This document shows positions 1 to 14,207 of a DNA stretch of 64,000 nt, in pieces. Location of the stretch: contig CM035361.1 of NCBI GenBank assembly GCA_020137815.1, positions 3,782,001 to 3,846,000 on the forward strand, given 5' to 3'. Position numbers and translations under genes: made by a program. The first letter of the stretch is position 1, and the number at the start of each line of letters is the position of its first letter. The notes under the pieces were generated by a model. The model ran no database searches. It saw only the letters and a list, made by a program, of their open reading frames with translations, and was not told the DNA's origin. The DNA is from Hormiphora californensis (taxonomy: Eukaryota > Animalia > Ctenophora).

Positions 1-59
1 GGGAGGATACTGGGGGGTGCAGGGGAAACAACCCCCGGTGGCCAGGGCTTTAAATCACT

Positions 60-1095
60 TTGTTAAACCCTTTGATAGTTCAACCGTTTTCCACCCCAAA
101 TAAAAATTTTAAGGGCATACGGCATCCCAAGATGCTATGGGTGTTTTATCCAATGGCTCACACTAACACCAAAGCGCAAATCCTTACAGCTGACGGCGTT
201 ATTTCTTTTTTTGAGATCGTGGCTGGGTTTTTACAAGGGAACATTACCCCTTTTCCCCTTTATCATATGCCCCGGGCTATTTTTACGGGTGCACTCCGTA
301 GGGCACCCGGAGATCGGTTTTTTACTCTGAGAAACCCGGTAAAGGGTTTGGGGAGTTGGGGGGATCCCGATTACGACCTGGCTTTTCCCGGGCGACGTGG
401 CCCTGCTTTGGGAAAACCGGGTTTGGGGGTTAGGGGTTTTACTTTGTGAGGGTTGAAACGGTATGGAAGGGGGTTTGGTGGCTATTAACCAGAAAAAACG
501 GGGGAGCTCAATGGAGAACATCCCAGTCCAGAGCCGGCCCTTTTTAACCCGTTAAAGGACACACCCCTCAAAACAACCCATGACTTCAAATAACCCGGGG
601 GTTTGTGGATCAGAGATTCGAACAAGGACATCAAGAAAACCCGGGAAAAGTAAGGGATGGGTTTGGGCCCGGGCCCCGGCTTAAGAAAATCTGGAAACCC
701 CAATCTTTAAAAACGAAATCAGTGAGGTTTTTTTGTTTTCACTGTCGAAACCGTTCTCCCATACGGATTTTGAGACCTGGGGCCCTCACCAAACAAATGG
801 AAAGAGTTTTAAAAGGGGGCTATACTCTTTTGTTGGAAAGGCACTTCAAAAACCCCGTGGCAACTTTCCCCAAAGACTAATGGCACGGTTTTATTTGGGA
901 TGGAGGGTTAACCCCCTTTTCAGCAAAAAAAGCGGAACGAAACTACGAAATTGCCGGAAAATGCACCAAAGCACTCAAACTGACACTCCACAAAATCCCT
1001 TTTTTGGGGGCCTACTCACGGTCCAAAGTTACCCTGGCAAACCCCCGAAAACCTTTGTGGAGTTCAGGCAAGATAGGGTCTGGGGGAGGGCATGA
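60..1095 (+). mobile_element. Non-LTR retrotransposon (LINE) reverse transcriptase fragment, frameshifted or in low-quality sequence
   Basis: Translation TNTKAQILTADGVISFFEIVAGFLQGN..PF resembles the LINE RT motif B region (GVLQGDTLAPFLF). Downstream fragments such as LKxKxxRFF and WGxTKQMERVLxGxYTxLL resemble LINE RT thumb/C-terminal regions. Many homopolymer indels. Confidence 0.65.
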
Positions 1096-2802
1096 AGGGA
1101 AGCTTAAATTTGGAGGGAACGTTATTTTCGTTGGGGGGGAAAACTTGTTCAAAAAGGGGTTCGGGAATTCCACCCGCCTTAAAATCAAACGAAGTCCAAA
1201 AACCTATTAAGGAAATTTTTCAGTAAAAGCCCATTTAATACCGTTTAAAAGATTCGGGATGGTCATTTTTCCGAAAGATATTTTATTTATCGCATAATTC
1301 CCCATTTAATTTGGGGATTATTATTCCGGGATAAAGATGCAACGGGATTTTTCACCCAAACTCGCGATATTATATCCGCTAAAGAGGGGGGGGGTTATAA
1401 TTGGGGAATTAATTATACTAATTTCGCATCACGTACTCGGTATTTCCGCCTCATTTCTAAATCCATCTTTGCGGTTTATTTTTACCTAATTCTTGATCTG
1501 TCGGCGGTCGACCTGTATACTTTTTCATGTGATAATTAGTTTCTACATACTATAACCCTTTCAATTATAGAGCATATAAAATTTAAAAAGAACCCCCCCT
1601 ATTTTTTAGTATACACCTTTCTGCACCAAAAATTTTTCTGTTTTTGAATTTATTCATTGAAATTCGCTAGGCTTGCTATTATATTTTGAGTAAAGATCGT
1701 TGTATAAATCATGGCAAATATTTAATCGTCTTTATAAGCATTTACCACTGTGAGTTATAGATGTTGTGGCCTAGGCCGCCAGCTTCAAATATTTGTCAAT
1801 GGATATGAAATTGAATAGCTTGGTAGCCCAATTAGCAGTTAGAGAGAGAGAGAGAGAGAGAAAGAAAGGGGGAAAAAGAGAGAGAGGGGAAAAAAAGAGC
1901 GGGGAAAAGTTTAAAAAAAGAGCAAAAACAAAAAAGGGGATGGAGGGGGGGGGGGGGAAAAATTTGGGGAAAGGGTTGGGTGGGGGTTTTTTTCCCCCCC
2001 CCCCCGGGGGTGGGCCTTTTTTTTTAAGGGGGCCCCCTTGTTTCTTTCTGCGCTAATTCTTCTTTGGTTTTTCTCCCAGAAGGGAATTTTATTATCCATT
2101 TAATTTTAAAAAATTTTTTCAAATTTTTTAATACCTTTTTAAAAGCGGATTTAAATTTTTTGAATAAAAGACGTTCAAATTTTTCAGAATAGGAGTTTAT
2201 ATTAACTTTTCCCTTTTCTCTTTTTGGGGTCGGGCCCCTTTTCTCTCATCTCTCTCTCTCTCTCCCCTCCTCTCTCTCCCCTCTCTCCTCTTCCCCTTTT
2301 CTCTCCCCCTTTTTCTCTCTCCCTCTCTCCCCCCTCTCTCTCTTCTCTTCCCCATCTCTTCTTTCTCCTCTCTCTTCTTTCCTCTCTCTTTCCCTTTTTT
2401 TGGGTTGGCATTCCTTGTGGGGCGGGGTTTTTTTTCTTCCTCCTTTAAAATTTCGGTTCTAAGGTCGAAAAAATCGGTCGTTTTCCGGGTTGGGGGGCCC
2501 CCGGGGGGGGATTGGGGTTTTAAAATTAATTTTTGGGGGGTTTTTTTTTTTTTTTAAAAGTTTTGGTTTTTGGGTTTTTGGGTTTTTTTTTTTGGGTTTT
2601 CCCCCTACCAAAAATGAAACCCCCCAAACGGCTGCCCCCCCCGGGGAAAACCCCGGGGCCCCCTTCCCCCCCCTCGTTTGGGGGGTTTTTTTTTTTTAAA
2701 AAAACCCTCATGTTCTTTCGTCCCTCCTCTCTCTAATCATCTGTCTCTCGTCTCTCTCTCTCTCTCGGTCTCGCTCCTCTCTCTCCTCATACTCTCTCTC
2801 TG

Positions 2803-2833
<31 letters not shown>

Positions 2834-3617
2834 GTCTCTCTCTCTCTCTGTCTCTCTCTGTCTCTCTCTGTTTTTCTCTCTCTCTCTCTCTCTCGCTCTC
2901 TCTTTTTGAGTCAAGGTTGGAAATTGCTGTTGGGCGAGAAAATTTATATTTTCTTGCCTCCAAAATATAATATCGAGTTCTAGATTCGATAGTAAATCAA
3001 TGAATTATAATTGTCGATTTTCCGGCTTCCAGGCCCATCTGCAGTGGACCTGTGAAAATTAACTTGACAGCCGTTTCCATTTCTAATTCTGATTCATTAT
3101 AAAATTTGTTGTGAAATATCAAAAGTCATGACGCATACTTCTCTGGTTTAAGAATGAGAATATGATCATATAGTTAAAAGATTTGGTTTTCATACCAACG
3201 ACCTGTTTATATAGCTACATTACAAGAAGCGCGTGACTGCATGTTCTTGAAACAATTAAACAAGAGATACGATAATTTCGGCATTTAACCTCTCTTTCTT
3301 TTCCCTTTTTGTAAATTGGAATACTTTTTTTGCCAGTCGATTCTGACTGGTTGCCAAATAAATAACATGCAGAATGTGTTAGATTTTGCCAGTAATTTAT
3401 TGGATGGAACCCCGGGATGGAAAACGCCACACAGCAGCTCTTGATATAATTGTTGTACAGTCAGCATGTTTCTGTTTGCTCTAGGCGCCGATTCGGCAGC
3501 CAAAAGCACGGATAGTTTACTAATAAAGTTTTCACTGCTTTTTGCAGTTTTAATAAACTCAATTGGCGAAAAGATATCTTTCTGCAGCGTGAAATAACGC
3601 AGCTCTCGTTTTCCGCA

Positions 3618-3893
3618 TTTTATAAAGTTAGATTTTCAAATTTATATTTTATAAAGCTAGATTTTCAAATTTATATTTTATAAAGTTAGATTTTCAAATT
3701 TATATTTTATAAAGTTAGATTTTCAAAGTTATATTTTATAAAGTTAGATTTTCAAATTTATATTTTATAAAGTTAGATTTTCAAATTTATATCTTATAAA
3801 GTTAGATTTTCAAAGTTATATTTTATAAAGTTAGATTTTTAAAGTTATATTTTCAAATTTATATTTTATAAAGTTAGATTTTATAAAGTTAGT
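3618..3893. repeat. AT-rich 29-bp tandem repeat, about 9 copies
   Basis: Unit TATAAAGTTAGATTTTCAAATTTATATTT recurs at 3621, 3650, 3679 and onward. Confidence 0.9.
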
Positions 3894-4600
3894 TACTTCT
3901 CTGAATGTCATTAATTCAAGGAGTGCCATTTGCAAATCGTAATGCAATTCTTCTTAGATCTATATAATGTAGTTGGCGAAGAGCATTATATTTTATTCCA
4001 AACAGACTAATTCTACATGTGCATGATTAAGATTATGCCAAAGAGATCACCGACGCTAATCCCTAATTCTAATCCTAAATTTGTGCTTTTTTGTGTGTTA
4101 TCTATGGATACACCTCGAGTATAATTAGCCCGCTTGTTACTTACCAGAAATCGTCTCCTAATATTGAGATTTGCTATTTTAATACACATTGCAGCTTCAC
4201 GGTGTAATTCCGATTATTACATGTTTTTTTGTGATCATTTTGTGGTTCATTTTTGCTGAGCGGTCAGATTCTTTTTAATTTCAATTGGCCTCGGGTTGTG
4301 AATCCTACGATTAATTCAATTGTATCATGTATCTGGGTATTGTGGTGGATTGACGGATTGTATACTTGTATTCAGTTTGAGGCGGATATGTTATGGCGGA
4401 TGTGTGCGGCACTATCATGTGGCCTGGCAAAATATCATAACTTTATCACAATATCATATTGTTAATCACACACATATATAATATGTCCTTATTATTGTCA
4501 CTTTATGTGTTATGTCACTGCCGGCCTATTGTGTTAGTCATGTTAGTCATGGCAAGTTGTAGCCACGTACTTGATGAATTGATAAACGGTGAGCTGTGAT

Positions 4601-4668
<68 letters not shown>

Positions 4669-5047
4669 CCCCCCCCCCCCGCTTTCGAGATCTGTGATTC
4701 CTCACCGATGGTGATTGAAATTGTTGCCATCTTGTGGTTTCGGATCTTGGTTTATTAATTAGGTATCGCAGGCTTGTCTCGTGGGAGAGTTAGAGGGAGA
4801 TAGGAAGAGAGAGAGAGATAAAGATAGCGATGGAGATGGAGATCAGAGAAAGGAATAAGCTAGCTTTTCGATACATGTGTGTCGTCCGAAAATGAGATGC
4901 CTGCAGCAGTAGCCACGACGGGAACTGACATATCTTGATTGCATATCTCTCTCACGCAGTATTTTCCACTCTTTATTTGCCAGTATAGATCAGTTGGATG
5001 GGTAATATTACTCATGAGGTTGGCATGTCATATTATATGAGGTATAA

Positions 5048-5281
5048 GGGCGGGATCACACCGAGATCTTCGAAGAAATTTCTTCAAAGCACCAAACACA
5101 GTCACACCAAAATGTTTCGTTTGGAGCTTGCGCACGGATGGGTATTGCTAGTTTTTGAATCTGACGACAGTGAAAAGCATACAATAGCCATCCGCGCGCA
5201 AGCACCAAATGAAACATTTTGGTGTGACTGCGTTTGGTGCTTCGAAGAAATTTCTTCGAAGATCTCGGTGTGATCGCGCCC
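5048..5281. mobile_element. Palindromic MITE, PIF/Harbinger-like
   Basis: About 100-bp inverted arms GGGCGGGATCACACCGAGATCTTCGAAG...CTTCGAAGATCTCGGTGTGATCGCGCCC, flanked by TAA (5045-47) and TTA (5282-84). Confidence 0.7.
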
Positions 5282-5302
5282 TTAGTACCAGAGTTAGGCA
5301 GC

Positions 5303-6350
5303 GGATTACGGGGGCCCAGATGTATCGCCCATACCGAGTGCCCGTACCGAGCGCCCGTACCTGACGTTTGCGCATTGAAATTGTGTACTTTAGCGCGTAG
5401 CACGCGCAAAATAACTCCGCGCGGCGTGCGCGCCACACACATTTCTGCTCAGAAAAAAATCGATCAGAAAAAGTTTTTCAAGGTCGACTTTTCACGTTTT
5501 GGCTCATAACTTCTTTTCCTGATAAGATAAAGACTTCAAACCTTCACCATTCGATGGGGCTTAAAATTTCCTTTCCAACGGTACCCAAACGAACTCTGTA
5601 GCTTATCAGGAACCGGAGATATGGTCATTTATCATAATGCCGAAGGGCCCTTACGGGGGTTATTATCATAATTGTTCATATCTCCGGTTCCTGATGAGCT
5701 ACAGAGTTCGTTTGGGTACCGTTGGAAAGGAAATTTCATTCCCCATCGAATGGCGCTAATTTGAAGTCTTTATCGCATCAGAAACAGGAGTTATGGGTCA
5801 AAACGTGAAACACCGATTTTGAAAAATTTCACGATTTTTGGTTCATCACGTTTTGGCCCATAACTCCTGTTTCTGATGCGATAAAGACTTCAAATTAGCG
5901 CCATTCGATGGGGAATGAAATTTCCTTTCCAACGGTACCCAAACGAACTCTGTAGCTCATCAGGAACCGGAGATATGAACAATTATGATAATAACCCCCG
6001 TAAGGGCCCTTCGGCATTATGATAAATGACCATATCTCCGGTTCCTGATAAGCTACAGAGTTCGTTTGGGTACCGTTGGAAAGGAAATTTTAAGCCCCAT
6101 CGAATGGTGAAGGTTTGAAGTCTTTATCTTATCAGGAAGAGAAGTTATGAGCCAAAACGTGAAAAGTCGACCTTGAAAAACTTTTTCTGATCGATTTTTT
6201 TCTGAGCAGAAATGTGTGTGGCGCGCACGCCGCGCGGAGTTATTTTGCGCGTGCTACGCGCTAAAGTACACAATTTCAATGCGCAAACGTCAGGTACGGG
6301 CGCTCGGTACGGGCACTCGGTATGGGCGATACATCTGGCCCCCGTAATCC
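5303..6350. mobile_element. About 1.05-kb foldback element with hairpins nested inside both arms
   Basis: Arms 5303-5808 and 5846-6350 are near-perfect reverse complements. Each arm contains its own ~320-bp imperfect hairpin (5490-5810 and 5846-6165). Confidence 0.8.
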
Positions 6351-6351
6351 C

Positions 6352-6725
6352 CGGTAGGCGGTAAATGTTAACCAGATCTGTGAGAATTTCGCACGTTTTT
6401 CCCCATAACTCAGCCATTTCTTGACCAATTTGCAAAATCTTTGGCTCATTGGAAAGAGGACATTGAGATCTCTCAAATGAGCTCAAGAAAATTAAAATTG
6501 GCGCAAATTGCGCGGCGTGGTGGCGAAAACGCGCGTTTTGCGCCATGACGCCGCGCATTTTGCGCCGATTTTAGTTTTATTGGGCTCATTTAAAAGAGCT
6601 CAATGTCCTCTTTCCAACGCGCCCAAGATTTTGCAAATTGGTCAAGAAATGACTGAGTTATGGACAAAAACGTGGTTTTGCACGTACGTTTTCTCTCAGA
6701 TCTGGTTAACATTTACCGCCTACCG
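6352..6725. repeat. Long imperfect inverted repeat abutting the foldback element
   Basis: CGGTAGGCGGTAAATGTTAACCAGATCTG at 6352 versus CAGATCTGGTTAACATTTACCGCCTACCG ending at 6725. Inner arms also pair. Confidence 0.8.
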
Positions 6726-8550
6726 TAATCCCCCGACTTAACTCTGGTCACTGGCGCCGCAACCCTATCTGAGCGCACTGAGAATCAATGGGGTATGGCG
6801 CCGCCATACAGGGAGGTATAAACTATGGTCACTGGCGCGATATATCAGATGGATTGCTCTCAGCGCATATCTGGGAGAAGCTAGCTGAGTTTATCCGCGG
6901 ATAAACTGGTTTAAATCACGACGACGATCTCAAGCCGAAGGTCTTCACCCAAAATTACCCAAGATTATTCAAAATAACATGAATGTCATGAATGTCATGT
7001 ACCATATTTCTGATGGAACATTTTTCAGATAGTGGTCATTTCAAGACATTATACCCTCTAATATCGTGTCTACCATATCTAGATTGGCACGTGTGTTGGT
7101 TATAGTGTGTGCAGTACATGATCTCAATACCACACCTTAGCGATCTCGGATCTATATTTTATTACGTGTCACAATATGTGAGAGAAGGATATGTGAGTCA
7201 CACATTGATCAGCTTCTCTCTCTCGAGTCTTCGGTATACCAATCCTCTGCTTATATATATATCCACACATATAGTAATGTAATAATCAACATCATTACGA
7301 CCCAATTAGGAGTCAATATATAGCTAGTCTAGACCATGCAATGATTGGGCGGCGGTATATTGGCCAACATGTTATTACATTCCAATATTTCGTATGCTAA
7401 TATATAATCCATGCCAGACTATTCGTAGTCAACATTGTGCATTCGCAGTATAAAATATGTAAAATAAAACATATTCTACAACGGCTCTCTGAGGGAGGTT
7501 AAATTCGAGAGAGAGAGAGAGATCTTAGAGATCATTTTTCTCTGCGTACTGAGTTTTTTAAAGGGTTTTGTTAGTAGGAAATAACATGATTTTTAGTGTA
7601 CCTGATGCAGTTTCCACGTGCTTCAATCACATTTTAGGTTAAATTCAAGAATAATATAGAATGTTTCTATATATCTTGTTCCAATATAGCAGCATGAGCT
7701 CTTTGCAAAGAGCTCATTGATTGGATGAATGAACTTGGTTAGATCACATGTGCAGATCAGAGAGACATCTTTGATTGGTTGTGAGTGGTACAGTAATATG
7801 ACCAATCTAATAATATGATTGGATGGTTCACATTTATGAGATATGGGAATGAAAACAGTATGTTAGCTCGCTGCATGGATCATGTGTTTGATCTTGTGAA
7901 CCCCTCATGCTGTAATGTTTGCCTTGTTCGACCCTGTTCCTGCACCCTGCACGGGAAATCTATAAGAACGCCTCCCTCTTATCTCTCTCTCTCTATCTCA
8001 ATATATTATATACTGCAATTGTAGAAGTGCTGATCCCTTTTATCGTTTATCGTTACCAGCTCCTTGCAGAGCCAGAATTGTGCAGAAACATTTAGTTCTT
8101 TTCTTGTCGATTGACTATAACTTGACTTATAAATGTTACTGTACTCTCAATGCATCTATTATAGCAGTTCTGCCAACATAAGTGTGTTGAGTTCCTTATA
8201 ACAGTGACTTGCAGCTTGCTTGAGCCTCTGATCTCCACCCGCCCCTTCGATGTTAAGGAGGGTTAGAGCATGATTACACTAGTGAAGTGACGCTAGACTA
8301 CTGATGATGATGTGCGACGGGTTTCTTTTGAAAGATTCAAATTGCACGTAAATCCAAGTTTAGAACGAGTTATTTATAGCCGAGATAAGTTTTTATAAAG
8401 GTAATATGCCAACCTTAATTTGTCAACTTAAAACATTACTCTCACTCACATATAGACTCTCGTATAATAATAGTATATAACGATACAGATAGATAGATGA
8501 GCTGCTTGGCACACCTAGTAAATATAAGGAGATAAACAAGATAAACCAAA

Positions 8551-8775
<225 letters not shown>

Positions 8776-11700
8776 GCCACTTACTCATATTATTAGCCTC
8801 TCCCAATATGTTGCTAAACCTAGACAAGTATGATCGGAGCTTACCCTTTTTAACTCTGCTCAAGTACTCATTATGTCCCAATTTAGCACGTTCAAATTAC
8901 ATAACCAATTAAAATGTGATAATATGACTTATATATTTTAAAATGATCCACTTATATAACTTACATAACTTATAAGTGGATCATTTTGAAACATTTAAGT
9001 GCAGTTATAGCTTCCCTAGAATAATATTTGTAGGTTAACTTAGACTCACTGATGTTGGTGCCATTGCCACATTATAATTTTCAATTAAGACAATTAATCT
9101 TCAATTAATTAATAGAGATACGGTATATATATACTCCTGGAATTCCCACAATTTTATATCATCATCTGTCGCACTTGCAGAAGTTTCCAGTATATAATAC
9201 TTATTATTGCACAGATTCATACAGCGTGTCGAAGACCAGATCTTCTGAAGAAGAAGATGTGTTTTTTGTGAGCTTATTATAGGAGGAAATCGATCTGTTT
9301 TATAGCAGCTTGGTTTTTTAATCAAATTGGACTTTACTGGGATGCTCGGGGGAAAGGGTTTTGTCTGGTAAATCTGGGTGCCTGGTATACCGGGGTCCGG
9401 TAATTTAGGGTCCAAGGGTGGATCCTTATCATGGTAAGCCACCCTCTGGGTACCTACACACTTATTTTCATGGCGTCCAACCAATTTAAGGTCATGAACC
9501 CCCCCCCCCCCTTGGTTCGGCTGTATATACTTTTGCATTTTCTGTAGAGATTTTGTATTTTGTCTGCTGATTTCTAAGAAGCCTAGTTTACATCTCCTTG
9601 ATTAAATTGTGTATTATGATTACGTTATACATGGCTCCTAATAGACCATGATTACAGCAGACAGTATACATTTATATAGCCTTTATAAATAGGGTATTAT
9701 CTTCGTGTATCAATTAAATGACTGCAGGTCCTTGGTCGCAGGGCTGCTTTTGAGATGTAGGCTTCAAAAGGATCAATAATTGATGACTAAAGGTCCTTTG
9801 TCCTGCTTTTGATATATTTAATATTTGCTTGATTATTTTAAGACTGTCCTTTCTCTCTCGCTCTTGTTAAAAACCATGTCAATGTTATAATACTTCTAGA
9901 AATTTTATATAACCTTGCGTTTGTTAACCTGCAGGCGCTTATTACATAACATAAAATCTGAGACAACCCATGCGTTATAACTCATTGTCATGAGATTTTT
10001 AAGTGGTCAGATACATGTATAATGACCCATTAACGATTACTATATGCAACGTGCTGTAGTTTTTTAGTTCTCTCTCACCGCATTTTATCTAATTATGGTT
10101 TCTTGATGAAACTAGGCCTGAATTCCGTGATCCAGTTCAAAGCCAATATTTAAATGATCCGGTTAAAGTTAGCGGTTAAAAATTGGTTGGGAATTGCCTT
10201 GACGATGGAGTATACTAAATGAATTCTAGAAACCATTTGAGTATTAGTTGAGTTTTGGCTGTATTAAAATATTCCTAACTCATTCGGAACAATCTAGCTT
10301 CAGCTTTGTCCTAATTATTTATCGTATGTAAACCGCTCTAAAACAGCAGAGATAATACATATATGTATACCCGGCCTTGTGACCTAAATCTGTGACGAAA
10401 ATAATATTCTCGTCACAGATTTAGGGAATCATTAAACCACTTCATAGGCTGTATAAATGATTATTGTGACCCATCATATATGGCTGCATGACTTACTATT
10501 TCGACCTTGATTAATCCGCTATATTTTATAAGCCGGAAGGACGTTATAGCATCAGTAATCATATGACTTATGTCACTAAACGTCATATACATATTATAAT
10601 TCCATGATTTATATAATAAGACTTTATAATTGTAATTTCGCTTTCATTCGAACGTCGAATATCATACAGTACCACTATTTGTATACATATTTTCACTGGG
10701 TGGGGGGGAACAGTCGTGCCTGAACCTCAGTTTCAGGCACGACTGTTTTCCCCCATCATCTTTTCCACTCTTGCCTGCAGTATATTGCGATCCAGTTTAT
10801 CTCCACAGCTTTCAAACAAAATCTTCTTTAAAGCACGATCCCTGCATGTAATGTGGCCGGACCCCGATTTACCGGTCGATGCTCATACAGAAAAGATATT
10901 ACACGGTTAATCGGGCTCCGATCACTGTATATCTTTTATCCCACCCTCTGTTCCTCGTGTGTAATTTTGTTGTGATCCCGGGTGAGAGACCCCGTACTCA
11001 ACAAGTGTATAATTGTGCGGGCAGTGTGTACACCAAATGCTCAATCATTCCCCTCTCTCCCTATATATAATTGTGGTTGTGGTGGTAGCAGATCGTTCGC
11101 TGCAACTGTGTGTCAATCTCAGTTGATGTCATGTAGCAATACAATATTGACATTGTTGCCGAGCCGTCACAATACTGTTCTTTTCCTCGTATGTTTGCTT
11201 TTTATTTGTCTTTTTTGTAGCTTCAAAATTTTAATTAAGTTTTAAATTTATTTAACCTAACCCGGTTTTTATTCCCCATGTATTTACAGCTGAATATACG
11301 AACATATATATTGGAAGTGAATGTCAACTGATACTAATATCTAGCTGGGGCGAGCACTATCTGCAGATGACAATAACTATGGCAGACACTGCTTATCACA
11401 CGGTAACTAATTAGTAATTAGTAATTAACTAGTAATTAATTAGCAGTTAATTAGCAGTTAATTAGTGAATAGTTAGTTATAAAATTTCACAGTTTTTATT
11501 TTACACTTTTCCTCTCAACTTTTTCCATACTCTAACATGCTCTATCATGCTATATACCCTGCTAACTTAAATAATGCGCCAGTGGCGAGAAGTCCCACTA
11601 GCGCGCTCTCAGTAAACAGCCAGTCCAGCGGCAGATTATTTCCCACTGGCAGGTTATTTATTTTTAACTCCTACGTAACATTCAAAGTGTGTGTAAATGA

Positions 11701-12039
11701 TCAGTTCTTACTAAAATACAGAGGGAACACTATGTGCAACACTTACACACTACATTGGAGAGAAAGAAAGGACACATTCCGTCAATTACTCTCTCTTTAT
11801 CTCCCCTTTTGTCTCACTATCTCTTTCTCTGTGTTATTTGTGACATGCCCCTTATCAGGCTATTTCTTTCACTCTCTTTCCTTAGCAACTGCTTAGTAAC
11901 TGTTACCAAACAGTGTACACTCAATTGTGACGTGTTTTTAACTATTTCTCAGTTCTCTTTGTGTGTTTTGATTAGTGTTCTCTCTCTTGTTGGTGTGTAA
12001 TACTTGAAATAAACAACTAAAGCAGGGTATATAACCCAT

Positions 12040-12221
12040 AAACTCTGACCACTGGCACGTTATAGGTTTAAACCCCTCCGCCTCTCCCTCGGCTCCGCCT
12101 CGGGATCGTCGTCGTGATTTAAACCAGTTTATCCGCCAGCGGCGGATAAACTCCAGCTAACTTCTCCCAGCGGCGCGCTGGGAGAAAGTTATCTGAAATA
12201 ACGCGCCAGTGGCCAGAGTTT
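12040..12221. mobile_element. Short dispersed MITE-like element; related inverted partial copy at about 6820-6940
   Basis: Terminal inverted repeats AAACTCTGACCACTGGCACG / CGCGCCAGTGGCCAGAGTTT. Internal GATCGTCGTCGTGATTTAAACCAGTTTATCCGC is present as the reverse complement at about 6896-6930. Confidence 0.65.
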
Positions 12222-12229
12222 ATGCCTCA

Positions 12230-13055
12230 TATAACATGTTCTAACATGCTCTAACATGTTCTAAAATTCTCTAACATGTTCTAACATGATGTGACATGTT
12301 CTAACATGCTCTAAAATGTTATATAACATGCTATAACATTCTCTAACATTCTCTAACATGATATCATATCATGTTAGAACATGTCAAATATTTGACATGT
12401 TCTAACATGATCTAACATGTTCTACAACATGTTCTAGCATGCTCTAACATGTTTTAACATATTCTAACATGTTCTCACATACTCTAACATGTTCTGTAAC
12501 ATGCTCTAACATGTTCTATAACATGCTTGAACATGTTCCAACATGTTCTAACATGTTTTAAAATGCTCTAACATGTTCTAACATGTTCTAACATGCTCTA
12601 AAATGTTATATAACATGCTATAACAAGTTTTAACATTTTCTAACATGCTTTAAGATGTTCTAACATGCTCTGACTGTTCTATAACATGCTATAACATATT
12701 CTAACATGTTCTAACATGCTCTTAGCTCTAATATACTCTAACATGCTCTATAACATGTTCTAACATGCTCTAACATGCTCTAAAATGCTCTAACATACTC
12801 TAACATACTCTAACATGCTCTATAACATGCCCTAACATGCTCTAACATGCCCTAACATGCTCTATAATATATTCTATAAAATGCTATAACATGTTCTAAT
12901 ATACTCTAACATGTTCTCACATGTCCTAACATGCTCTAACATGCCCTAAAATGTTCTATAACATGTTCTATAACATGCTCTAACATGCCCTAAGTCCTAA
13001 CATGTTCCATAACATGATATAACATATGTTTTAACATTCTCTCTAACATGTTCTA
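12230..13055. repeat. Degenerate 10-bp satellite (CTAACATGYT)n
   Basis: Many tens of copies of ctaacatgtt/ctaacatgct with 12-bp variants. Confidence 0.9.
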
Positions 13056-14175
13056 TCTCCAGGTTGGTCATCACGATACCTTCTTATCGAGACCTTCCTT
13101 CAAAGAACACACCAACGGGGGACCTCCCCTTCTTTTGAGTGAGTAACCAACTAATAGTGGCTGACATTTTGGCCAAAATGAGCTCAAAACGCTGACTTTT
13201 TGGCACAAAACTTTCTCGGGCTTCGCTGGCGCTCTGTCCGAAGTACATAATATGAAATTTGCACAAGAAAAATCGAGCAAGGTTTGCTTGCAATAAAGAT
13301 TTCAAGAGACAATATCACTGAAAAGTTGCCCCCCCCCCCCCTCTTGAATAAAATCATTCCACCATCCCTGAGTCTTAAAAGGTTGCTTTGTATTGTATTT
13401 CACCAACTGTTCTGAAGATAATGATGATTCAAGTACACACGCCCACAATAGTGCCTTGATGTAATAAGGTCATTTCCGCTACTCCTTCATGCCATCAATT
13501 ATGCGTATCTGATTAAAAATTTAAAGTGTAAAAAAGTGCAATTATATAGGATATAATTCGTGTAATTATAAAATTAAGATTTCACTCATATATGACCATA
13601 ATTACTTTGCATTTTTTTCTACGATTATCACTGCTGCAGCTCTTGTGCGTGGCTTTTTATTGAGCTTCAGTGAAACCTCGAATTACCGGAATCCTCGGGG
13701 GGGGGGGGGGGGGGGGGGATCAAGGGTGTATTTTGGGGGAAATTGGGATTCTGGCAAATCGAGGAGGTTTAACTGTACGTGGCATTACAATAGGCAATAG
13801 CATACATGTACGTGGCAGCCGAGACAAAAAAGTTGATTTTTATAAGTGGGACAATTAACAAATGAAAACAAATGGTAAAACCACTTGTTTTCATTTGTTT
13901 TTTGCTCTCGGTCCTGGATCGATTGAGCTCTCTCGTGTGAATCGACTACTCACATTAAGTGGGACAATTAGTTTAGTCTAGTTGTCAATTTAAATCTAAG
14001 TCACAGATAATAACATCTGAAGTCACCAAACTGAATAAATCGTGATCGATTTGTAAACAATTTGTTGTTTGAATCACAACAAAAGTAATTTGGTTCGAAC
14101 TTAATTAATTGCGTCCGATCATTGCGGGTCCGATATTGCATTCCCTTCGATTCTATCCATCCTATCGCTGCTCTT

Positions 14176-14207
<32 letters not shown>

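Noticed and set aside
1793-2983. Lys/Gly/Phe/Pro-rich and SLSL/RERE ORFs here and at 8423, 23037-23679, 34791-35631, 39014-40568 and 58557-59135
   Set aside because: Products of GA/TC microsatellites and homopolymer-inflated, unpolished sequence near contig ends.
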